Origin: Paraspadella gotoi
Lineage: Eukaryota; Animalia; Chaetognatha
DNA length: 64,000 nucleotides
Assembly: GCA_051294375.1 (NCBI GenBank)
Contig: CM119268.1
Location: 6,519,232-6,583,231, forward strand
Direction: 5' to 3'
In this document: positions 28,399 to 38,923 of the stretch, one piece after another
Numbering within the stretch: position 1 is the first letter of the stretch
Layout: the number at the start of each line of letters is the position of its first letter
Made by a program: the position numbers and the translations under genes
Notes under the pieces: generated by a model
Told to the model about the DNA's origin: nothing
The model's input: the letters and a program-made list of their open reading frames with translations, nothing else
The model's database searches: none

Positions 28399-29028
28399 CC
28401 CGCCCAAAGTCAGGGACAAGATAGCTTATTTATTAAATGAATGGATAATTTTTATATTGGTTCTAATATTATTAAAATAACAATTTAAATTTTAAAGACA
28501 AAAACCCAATGAATCGTGAATTTTTAAACAGGTAAAGGTTTGTGCAAAAAATCGTTGTTCATACTACTCTTTGTTTTAAATAAATCCCCGGTAGGTTCCT
28601 GTTTTATCAAAAGCAAATTTAAACAAAAGATCATATATTGGATTTCTACTTGTCCGCTTTTCAAAGTGAGTTATAAAAGTGTTTAAAAGTTTCAGTAAAA
28701 GCAAAATGACTTAGAGGCATGAAATAAATTATAATAAAATAAAAGCTAAACAATGTTCTCTTTTGATTCTATACCGGCCAGCCCGGCCATCCCTTGAATA
28801 AACATTATCAATTAATTACATCGAAGGACGACGGAAAAAACATAAATAATTAATAAGTAAATAATTGATATTAAAAATAAAAAATAAAAAAAAAACAGAT
28901 GTTTTGATGAAAGACAATAATTTTTTTTTTCTCGAAAAACACTGTAAACAGTGAAAAACAGTGTTTGTTGATTGTATCGATTCGAGCGCCGGGGCAGTTT
29001 CCTTAACTTTCCTCCTCTTCCTCTTCAC

Positions 29029-29754
29029 CTAAGAAAAAACACTCTCTTCCTCCTCCTCCTCCTCGTCGGCGAAAATCGGCGCCTTTTTCGGCGCCGGCGA
29101 GAGTTTGACGCGGCCGCGGAGGACGGCGTCGACGAGCGTCTCCAGGTCGCGGTAGAGATGATTCGGCTCCGAAGAGAGAAAGAAGTTGTCGCCGTCCATC
29201 AGGATGGGGTGGGTGAAGAAGGAGGTGGGGGAGGAGGAAGAGGAATAAGGGGAATAGACGAGGAGAGCGAAGGGGGAGGAAGTGGAGGAGGAGATGATGA
29301 AGGTGCCTTTGAATTTGGGGAGAGGGGGGGTTAGAGTGAGAGGGGAGAGAGTCGAAAAATCATCGATTGATTGATTTATTGTGTAAACGGTTTATTGTCT
29401 TGAACAATTGCGGATTGATCGATTGATTGATTGGTTTTAAAACTGATTTTATTGATTGATTGATCGATCGATTGATTGGTAAGTCTATCGTGTTAACGGT
29501 CTATTGTCTTTGATAATTAATTGATTCATTTATTGATTAGTTTATTTTGTTAACGGTCGATAGTATTGATTAATTAATGGTTTGATTGATTAATGGAATG
29601 TCTGATCTACTAATTCATTCATTCATTCATTCATTCATTCATTCATTCATTCATTCATTCACCTTCGGACTGTCCCCTCATCGCGTCATAGACTTCCGCA
29701 TCGTCGTCCCTGAGATCTCTAAAATCCCAGTCCGCTCTCTTTCGCTGCTTTGTT

Positions 29755-29815
<61 letters not shown>

Positions 29816-31117
29816 AGGCCCCGTCCACCCCGCAGCCCCCAGAAGCTTCGAAGGACTGCGATTTCCCAGCCGCGTCGGCCGCGGAGTTCGACGTCCGCCT
29901 CTTCGGCCGCGCTCCAGCGGCGGCGCTCCTCCCGCTCTTCTGCTTGGACCGCGTTCCGCTCTTCTCCCTCGGCTCCAGCGAGAAGGCGTTCCCCTCGTTG
30001 GAGTCCAGCGACTTGGGGAAGAAGAGATGCTTCTTCTTTTTGGTCGACGACGGCGACGACGCGGACAACGAAGTTGACGAAGAGAACCCCGAGGTGTCGC
30101 CGGAGTCGGCGTCGGGTGACGAGGGATTCCAGAGGATGGACTGAGTCTTCTGGAGGCGATTGATGGGAACCCAACCCTCTTCGTTGCTGTTGAGGTTCAC
30201 CGCCCAACACCTCGTGGGGATGAAGGAGAAAATATTGAACATTATAAAAAAGTATTACAATTTAATTATTCGTTCTTATTAAAATTCGATTGTCAGCTTT
30301 TTTTAATCTGATTCACCTGAGTTGCAACATATTCATTACTCACTAAATTTTTATCGAAATTTTATTCACAATCTTTTTCCCCCATTACAATGTTTACTCA
30401 TGTTTACTAATTGCATTTTTTTTTCGCTAGTCTTCATTATCTTCAGTCTTCAGTATTTCCGAGTTTCTTCTTTACCTCTCTCAGAAAAAAAAAATATTCA
30501 TTCACTATTTCTTTTCCTACCGACTCATTCGCCCGTTATCTTTTGCCTCATAATTCATTCACCAATTTGTCCTTACCCTCTCATTTAATGACCAATTGGT
30601 CCTTACCCTATTGTCCTTACACCAATTACACCAATTGTCCTTACACCAATTTGTCCTTACCCTCTCATTTAATGACGTTCTTCTTTAAAATCATTAAAAC
30701 ACTAATTCATTCACCAGTTGTGGTGCAAGGTCCCGCAATTGACTGCGAATCGTTCTCCTTCCTCAAAGAAGAGAACATCTTCGTAAAAGTCGAGTTCTTC
30801 TGGCGAGAGTGCGCAAGTGGAGTGCCAGGAGACCCTGGAAACGCCGGTAAGACGGGCCTTGACGACGCCGCTGTCGGAACCTAGAAATGGGCGTCGCCGG
30901 CGGAGGAGTAGAAAGGAGAAGAATTACTAGAGGTCACTACGGTTGTCTGCGTTGCTTGCCCTGAAACATAACATATTCAAATTGGAAACTAACTATAAAC
31001 ATTAAATTACATCCCTACATCCGTCGGTATCGACACCCGGATGGACAGTAATTTTCTTTACCCGAGTCTCCGCTTCCCTTTGGATTTCTTCCGCGCGGCG
31101 AATTCACTTGTTTCCAT
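29029..31117 (-). CDS. SH3- and SH2-like domain adaptor protein (~355 aa) with Ser/Gly-rich linker
   Basis: Phase-consistent exons 31062-31117, 30941-30960 (tentative micro-exon), 30715-30880, 29663-30210 and 29029-29306. SH3-like: EDVLFFEEGERFAV...NWCWAVNLNSNEEGWVPINRL. SH2-like: WDFRDLRDDDAEVYDAMRGQSEGTFIISSSTSSPFALLVY...FTHPILMDGDNFFL...YRDLETLVDAV. Confidence 0.72.
29756..29813 (-). repeat. Coding (GGC)n poly-glycine tract in the SH3-SH2 linker
   Basis: Pure GCC run on +, in frame as Gly on -. Confidence 0.9.
30560..30676. repeat. Intronic tandem repeat (accaatttgtccttaccctctcatttaatg and sub-units)
   Basis: Unit visibly repeated at ~30561 and ~30645, with partial units between. Confidence 0.75.
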
Positions 31118-31420
31118 ATTTTTTTGAAATTTAGCACTAATTGATCCGTCATTTTGAGATTTCAAATTACGATAAAAAGTACAAATGTTTCATTTAGCGA
31201 ACGTTAATGTTTAAAGGTGAAAAAATAGTATTTATCTAACAAACTTGGGCGTAGATAAGCGCATCAGGGGACTCGCTGAAAAATCATCATGAAATAGTCG
31301 TGTAACAGTTTTTTAAAAGTTTTTAATTCTTTTTTTAATTTAGTACGAAATACGGTTTTTGACATAAAATCGTTTCTCTTAAAACGAGTGGCGAAGAACT
31401 GGTACGGCAGTATATGCGGG

Positions 31421-31513
<93 letters not shown>

Positions 31514-31847
31514 TAGCGCTCAATTCTTCCGGGAACTCGAATCAGTTTCCGTCACTTGGATGACAAAAATAGGAATATAAGTCCTGGGGTGAAATCCCCC
31601 CCAACTATAATCTGTTTTTATCTCGCCAAGGAATCTTGGCGAGATAATGAGAAGGGGACGTCGTCGTCGTCGTCGTCGTCACGCTTTTTTTTATATTTTT
31701 ACATTTATAAATCTCAATGAAAGAACAAAACTAACTTTTTCCCTAAAAATAGAACCCCTCTTTGGTAAGTCTCTACGAAAAGTTAAAAAAAACAAAACAG
31801 GCAAGAATAGGTAAATAGTTGGATCGGAATCGCGGTGAAAACGAGCT

Positions 31848-34800
31848 TCACTTTCCCGACGGATAGGCGGTGCCCAATTTTGTGTTTCCATGGAAACGAT
31901 GAACGATGACGTCGAGTTGATAATCTTCGCCGATCGAAAGTTGAACGTTGTCGTCGTCTTCCGGTCCGCGGTAGAGGAAAACAACTGTGGAATGAATAAT
32001 CGATGAAAAAAGATCATTGTGGAGAAACGATTGATTCTTAGCGCTTACTCAAACTGACGCTGCATCCAATGCCATCTCAATTACAACTAAAAATTTGTTT
32101 TTAAAAACTTATTCAGATACAAGGATATGCATTATGCAAGTTACTCGTCAACAACGCAGTCTCAAATAAAACGTTATGCAATGCAATTTAATTGTTGAAA
32201 TTTATAAAAAAAAAAAATTTTTAAAAATTGCCAATGGCCTAGTGTAAGTGTTCGGAACCATAATGATAATATTTACTCATAATTTTCATTGATATACTTA
32301 ATACTTTTCCAATTTGCAGTGTCCGCAATGATCCTTAAATGTTTAAATTTATAAAATTATCTTTTTATGTGCCATCAGTGCAATTAGTCTTGCTCAATAC
32401 TCATTTATTGTTTGAATGTCAAATTGTTTCAAATCGTTTTATCTTTTTATCGTCTTAACTGTCAAATTGTATCTTTTATTTCCAAAAAAAATTTTTCTGA
32501 ATAATCATAGTCTGAAACACTGATTATTAATATTAGAAAAAAAAAATTTACACAACGCCATCTTAAATACAACGATATGCCAACGATGTCTAAAATACTC
32601 ACCCGTATACAACGCCATCTCAAACTCGGGCGAGACGCCGATGAAGGTTGATCCGACAGGTTTGATGTCCCCTTTCCACGAGAATTGGAGAGAGAGCAGT
32701 CGAGGAATATTGTCGCGAGGCTGAGAGGAAAAGGAAAGGAGGATACATGAAAATTAATATTTAATAAATTTATGGTCCATATTAATTATGATAAAAATGA
32801 TAATGAATGAATATTAACAATTTAAATTATTTTTTTTTATAATAAAAATCTAACCGTTCCACGTTTGATGTATCCCTTGTAATCGACGTTTCCTCGTTTT
32901 TCCTATAAATTGAATTCAAAAAAGATCAAATGAAATTTCTACAGTTTTGTTTTTGTCAAAGCGTTAGTTTTGCTTAGCCATATTCAATACACAAGACCTG
33001 AAGGTAGAACTGAATCCAGTTGTGCATCCCCAGAACGCCTTTGTTTCCCCTGCTCTCCCCGACGAAGACGTGTTCAAAGGCCGAGGAATCGAACTCGTCC
33101 GATTCGCGAGATCTGAGAAAAACACAGTAGAAGTATAGGTACGCTGGTACGTAAGGCAAACGTAAATAAATGTAATATGATTTACCCTCGAATAAATCCC
33201 AAATAAAGCTTTTATTAAATGTCACATTAATTTAATCTTTCCATTGCCATGAATTCAAGCCTCGAAGCTTAGGATCTTGAGTTAGTGATTTTCTCAAGAA
33301 ATAAAAATCTATTGGACCTTCGATAAAGTTTGAACCAAATGTCGTCCAGTTTTTCTTTAAATTCTTCTTCGTCCTCCGGCGCGAGTCCCTTCTCCGACAA
33401 ATAACTGTGGACAAGGAGTTGCAAAATCAAATATTAAATTAATAGTAAAATTACGGTACAATATATCTCATTTGAAAACTAATCAAACATTTCGTAACAT
33501 TTAGATAAATCCCGCCTTCCAACAAATTTTCAAACGACTACGATCCAATAACCCGATTTCACCTCTGCGCCCTCTGCATGACGGGCGTTTCCAAGATGGC
33601 GTCGATGAACGCCCTGTTCTCCCGCATCTCCTTCTCCGTGACGACCTCTTCCACTCCGGTTTCCGATTCGTAGTTGTCGAGGAGAGCGACGAAAGAAGCG
33701 TACGTCTTTCGGGCGAACACCTTTTAAAACGAGGAAGCGGGACGGCCATCGATGGACGAGGCTAAAAAGGCTCGCTCTTTGGTTCAAATCACTCAGATCT
33801 CTTTTCAAACAAAATCCCGTACTCGATCAAAACGTTAAGCTAAAAAATCCAATCGAGTCAATATGTATTTCAATAGAACAGTCGAAGAATTCAATCAATC
33901 GATCAATTTTACTCCTCATCTCTCTTTCCTCATTTTCTTCTCACCTCGTCGTTGACCCAATCGAAGAGAGGTCTCCTCGCCCAGTCTTCGGATCCTTCCT
34001 TCCATGGTTTGGTGAAACCCTGTTAAACGAAAGCAGAGAGAGAGAGGGGGAGAGAGAGAGAGAGAGAGAGAGAAAATGTCAAAATTTGAAAGAGACCAAT
34101 ACCGCCTAACGTGGGCCACTTGGCAGCAACTTTCGTCATCGTGACCAGTGACCAAGGGTCCAACTCTTTTTCGCGAACCTGCAAGTCGATCTCGTAGTCC
34201 TCTCCCGGATGTAATCGGTTCTCGTCCAAATCCCAAAGTTCGGAAATGATTCCCGAAAGTTCTGGATCGGGTTCGAACCTCGGAATGAATTCGAAGTAAA
34301 TGAGAAAGTACGGCGTCACCAGAATAGTTTTGTGTGACCTATCGCAATCGCTATGTATATATATATATATATGTCAAAGTTTTCCACTGCATTTGACTGT
34401 GATCTCTGTTCTTTTTGTTTTTGCTGGTTTCCATTTCGTTCGCGAATTATTTTGAATGCGTTTAAAATTAATCATCAGCCTTCGGGTTTCGATCGTCCGA
34501 TCGAAAAATCGAAAAGTCGCGATTTTGTGAATTTAAATTCGATTAATCACTTGAACAAATAAACCTCAAGACGGATATTTTTCTATTATAAAAAATTTTG
34601 TTCCTCGATGAGGACGTTGGTAAACCACCGAGAAAAAAAACAACCAGATTACAGAAAACGAACTGCATGACCAATTGGCCATTGGCCATTGCGCAATTAC
34701 TCACTCGTATCGGCCCGCCCCCTAAAGTTTTTATGACCAAAGGATTTAGAAAATATCTATTTGTGCTTGGTACGTACGTACGTATTCATTAAACGAAAGC

Positions 34801-35105
34801 GAGAACCCGGCGCGCCCCCTACAGTTTTGATGATCAAAGGATTGAAAAACATCAAATTATACGTACGTACGAAAGCGAAAACGTCTAGTTTAAATCTTGC
34901 TCTGCGATCAGCGATTGAAATATAACTAGTATGACACTAAGATGGTCAAAAACATTGTCTTTCTGAAAATAATTAGTTAATGATAATAAAGACGCCGAAT
35001 AAGAGAACGTTGTTACCGTGATGATCATGATGACGTTTTGACTATGATGATGATTAAGCGAGACCAGTCAAAAAAATATCCTTTTTTTACTACTTACCAA
35101 GCCAT
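31848..35105 (-). CDS. ENDOU: Uridylate-specific endoribonuclease (EndoU/XendoU/PP11 family)
   Basis: Exons 35098-35105 (MAW, tentative), 34179-34278, 33945-34019, 33563-33720, 33318-33404, 32998-33112, 32855-32902, 32603-32720 and 31848-31984, all GT-AG and phase-consistent. Motifs [75 protein letters not shown]; the catalytic His/His/Lys are present. Confidence 0.95.
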
Positions 35106-35356
35106 CGTACTTAAAGGCCTCGATGAGTTAAGAATTTCCGTTTTTTGTTTTTCCAAGTTGATTCCCCGTATGAGTAAGCCAGTTTCTATTTCAGTATAAC
35201 GACGATGATTCGTTTGACCCGGTTCTCGATATCCGAGTCTCGCTTAAACCGAATCTTTCGTTAAATAAATGAGAGAAACAGAGTCGTGAATCGAAGCTCC
35301 TCCGATTTCGCCGGCCGCTGAATCCCTCTGCAAGACTGGAAAGTAGAAGGGAATGA

Positions 35357-35398
<42 letters not shown>

Positions 35399-36158
35399 GC
35401 TACTAAAAAATCACGATGAAAAAATTAAAGTCGATGACTCACTCGTCTCACTCTCTCGCTTTGTCTTTCTTTCTCTCTCTCTCTCTCTCCCAGTCTGCGA
35501 GACTCGATTGACTTTTGGTTCAAAGCACGAAACCCGATGAAAGAAAAAAACATGCGAAACGGATGCGGTGTCCTTAGTGTTGTCGATGAGCGAAACAGAG
35601 TACGCGAAATCGTTGCTCTTTTGTTCGTCAAACGACGTCGGCTGCTAGGACGAATGGCGTCAAAAGGGCAATCATGGTGCGAACCGCTGAATGTAGCTTT
35701 ACAGAGAGTATATAAATAATTCCTCGCATGGGCTTTATTGCTCGTAAATATAATTTTCCCATTTCGGTATTCCTGGAGGCATATGGAAAAAGAAGAGCAT
35801 GGAAAAGCCTTGCCAAGGTTTTTTCTTAAAGAATTATCGGAAAAAGAAGAGGAACGAAAGAAATGTAACGGAAAGGATAATTTCTCGGAAAAAAGAAATT
35901 CAGATATCATAATTTTTTAATATTTATTATGTTTGTTATATATTTGGGTAAAAATTAAGGTTACGATTAATTATAAATTAAGAATAAGTGTAAGTTAATT
36001 AGAAAATTAAGTTAGGGTTAAATTTAAAATTAAGTTTCAGCTTAAGTATACAATAATTTAAAATATAAAAACATATTTTAATATTAATAAATTTATGAAA
36101 AAAATATAATAATAATATTTATAAAGTAACAGAGTTTTTATTTATGATTACATCGATC

Positions 36159-36256
36159 ATATAGAAAAACATCGATTTGGGAAACAGTGCTAATTTTATT
36201 TAGACCATGCATTCAAACCATTTAGCACTGTTTCCCAAATTGATGTTTTTCTATAT
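36159..36256. repeat. 35-bp-arm hairpin (pre-miRNA-like or mini-MITE)
   Basis: atatagaaaaacatcgatttgggaaacagtgctaa, 28-nt loop, ttagcactgtttcccaaattgatgtttttctatat; one G-T mismatch. Confidence 0.85.
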
Positions 36257-36399
36257 CAAACTACTCGGTGCATGAGATGACACTTAACAATCTACATCGA
36301 TCATTTAATAATTCGGAGAGAGGATATCAAGGTTAAAATTGCCCCTTCTGGTGGTCCTATCATCACAGATACACAGATAGACTAAAGCTATTTCCATCG

Positions 36400-36582
36400 C
36401 AGCGTTTCAGTGGCTCAGTGGATTAATGCATCATCCCAATGTGCGTCCCTGGTTCGAGCCCTGATTACATGAACATGCTGTCTCGCTGTCGCTACGAGGT
36501 GATACCGCTGTGGGTGTGACGCCCTATTTAACCACCCTCTTTACCCTTTCTCTATCTCTCTCTCTATCTTTCTCTTTCTCTC
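36400..36582 (+). mobile_element. tRNA-derived SINE
   Basis: Pol III A box tggctcagtgg (~36411) and B box ggttcgagccc (~36451); no complete cloverleaf; CT-rich tail. Confidence 0.6.
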
Positions 36583-37113
36583 AAAAGTTAATATCCGAAT
36601 ATCCAAAAACAGAAACATGTCCGGATTATTAAATGATCGTTGTAATCACAAATAAAAACTGTGCTAATAATTTGTAAATATCTATCAAAAGCAACGAACA
36701 AAAAAATTATAAATACTAATATTTAAAAAAAAAAAGCCTTCGCCCATTGTTGTTACTGTCTTAAATTTTCTTTTCCGTAAAGAAACAAACTTTTTTTTTC
36801 ATCTTCTTTCTCTTCGTTTTCCCCTAAGCCTCCAGAGCGTATTCAACTCCGGGATCGCCTCAATTTCTATGAAAATCTGTTGTTGATATTGAATTTTTGC
36901 TTTTAATTTGATTAACCTACTTTTTATTATTTAATAGTTCAACTTAAAACGTAGAATTCTTTCATAATATTAAACAATAATCCCCGATTAAAATTTTCCC
37001 TCTCTTTCGACAACAAATTTCCGTCTTACCGCCAAAAACCGTCCTAATCGTATTTCTTTAAAATTTTTTTTCTTTTTTTTTATATTTTTTTTTTATTTGG
37101 TCAGCGAGGCGCG

Positions 37114-38923
37114 ATGGGCTGCACCGGGTTTTCATCGGGCGGGATTTGCTCCAACGAGTTCGCTTACGTAGTGCTGGCTTGCTTGTTGCCGCACATCATC
37201 GGATTTTTCGAGTTCAATCTCTTGGGTCAGGTGAGCTGTGAGGAATTACGATCATCAACGACCGTTTACGATTGATTACCGTAATTACTGATGAAAGATG
37301 ATGAGTTTGACGAATGACGACGTGCGTTAAGGATGAAGATACGGTACGGTGGTACAACACCATGGACATTCCTTGGAGGATGTCGCAGAAGACGTTCCGG
37401 CCAATCTGGACGATCCTCTACACCGGAACCGGTGAGCGGTTAAAGAGGGCATTTTTTGAGCGTGGCGGACTTTATGGAAATAGAAAGCCTGTGGATAAGA
37501 TGAGACCGATTTATTGGCACTCAATTTTAGAGACACGATGGCAGTGTTACCTGTTGATTCGATTGTCTGAACCAGCGCCTAAAAAATTTCTTATATGCTT
37601 TCTGCTGTGTCATTATCTTTTAAGAGTGATGGAGGAACCACCAAAGCCTGTCCAAAGTCGGGTGTTAGGACCCGCCGGTCCGTCCCTCCAGAAAACGCCC
37701 CCGAGAATCTTTGATTCGAGGAACTTCTTTCTATCGCGAGCCGCTTCGGTCGTTCGGGGAAACCCTTCAAAGGCAAGAATTGGCGGCCGGAGTGGATCGA
37801 CGAAGATAGTTCCTCGAATCAAAGATTCTCGGGGCGTTTTCTGGAGGGACGGACCGGCGGGTCCTAACACGGGGGCAAAATAGCCTATTTATTAAATGAA
37901 CGGATAATTTTTATATTGGTTATACCAATTTCATGTACAGGGTACGCTTACTATCTCTGCTACGCGGCGGGCGGCGGTTTCAACGAGTACACCCACATCC
38001 CTCTAGGGTTGTGGTGGCTCATGACGCTCAACAACGCCACGTGGGGTCACAGCATGTTTGTGGTAAGCGAAAGAGTCTGATATCTTGGACGGGGACAAGC
38101 GATGGATCCATTTCAATTCCCGCCGGCATTTTAATTCGTAGCAACGACGTTTGGCCCTATGCATGATGAACCGATGCACTTGTACTCTTCTCACTCTGTG
38201 GACGTGTCTCGGTTTCTACTGTTTCCATCGGGTCGCCGCCTACGCCATGTTCCGTGAGTTCGCACGCGTGCCAGGGGTTGGGGATAGGGTAGAGGTTGAC
38301 GGGAGAATGGGTGCGGGAAGGGGGGACGGGGGGGACTAGTGCGGTATTAGCCATTGCGTCTGGAATTTGTGGTTCCANNNNNNNNNNACATGATAGAATT
38401 GAAACTTGTGCCTCGGGTAAATGAGCTATATTGTCCATGTCTACTTACAGTTACGCTTAACGCTGACCTTGAAGTGACCGAGAGGAGAAAGGGTCGCCAG
38501 GCCTCTCTGCGAGTGTGTGGATAGCCCCACACTTGGTGTGCCCCGTGGGTCTGGGAGATTTTTTCATCAGTTGCCTTGCTTTCCGGAACTTCGGATAGGG
38601 TTGCTACCGCTGGTTTAACCGGCCCGTCAGTCTTTTTGCAAGGACTGCTCCGACCAGGGCTAGAACCCGGGACCATTGGAGCGCTGATGGAAGGAACAGC
38701 CGTATCCAACGTGTAGTGATATTACATTACTACAACCTCTCTAAATTTTCGAAAGTTATTTCCGGGTTTTAAAAACAATGTGCATTAAAAAAAAAAATTT
38801 TAAACTTTCTAAATTCGATCGAGATTCATTATGAGTTTTTAAACCATAGTGTATTTCATGTGGATGGTGTTCTCGGCAGCTCACAACTATGCCGTTTGGA
38901 AGATTAACCTGCAGCACAGATAG
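37114..38923 (+). CDS. TSPO: Translocator protein TSPO / TspO-MBR family, divergent (174 aa)
   Basis: Exons 37114-37230, 37332-37431, 37941-38062, 38142-38253 and 38850-38923, phase-consistent. Five hydrophobic segments; motifs RWYNTM, PIWTILYTGTGYAYYL, GGGF...PLGLW, YFMWMVFS..HNYAVWKIN align with recalled TSPO (RWYAGL, PVWGTLYSAMGYGSYL, YLAWLAF..LNYCVWRDN). Confidence 0.88.
37662..37870. mobile_element. MITE in TSPO intron 2 with ~63-bp near-perfect TIRs
   Basis: gtgttaggacccgccggtccgtccctccagaaaacgccc...gaatctttgattcgaggaact / agttcctcgaatcaaagattctcggggcgttttctggagggacggaccggcgggtcctaacac. Confidence 0.85.
38460..38712 (-). mobile_element. SINE-like repeat in TSPO intron 4 (same family as 54640-54825)
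   Basis: B-box variant ggttctagccc on -; the body aaaatctcccagac...gggctatcc...tctcctctcgg.cacttcaa is shared with 54730-54820. Confidence 0.6.

Larger units (their letters stand above)
36125..36670. mobile_element. MITE-like element with imperfect terminal inverted repeats, containing nested insertions
   Basis: gtttttatttatgattacatcgatcat...ttaataattcgg (36134-36160 plus 36304-36316) is the reverse complement of ccggattattaaatgatcgttgtaatcacaaataaaaac (36621-36659). Confidence 0.5.

Noticed and set aside
30920-30932. In-frame TAG TAA in the SH3 gene, with the PPP1R42 TAG, as evidence of stop-codon reassignment
   Set aside because: A 60-nt GT-AG intron removes these stops, and TSPO and the SH2 gene terminate normally at TAG.
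36400-36475. Functional tRNA gene
   Set aside because: A and B boxes are present, but there is no acceptor stem or anticodon arm and it continues into a SINE-like body.
38545-38590. Hammerhead ribozyme core CUGAUGA on the - strand
   Set aside because: No stem II followed by GAAA and no closing stems could be formed.
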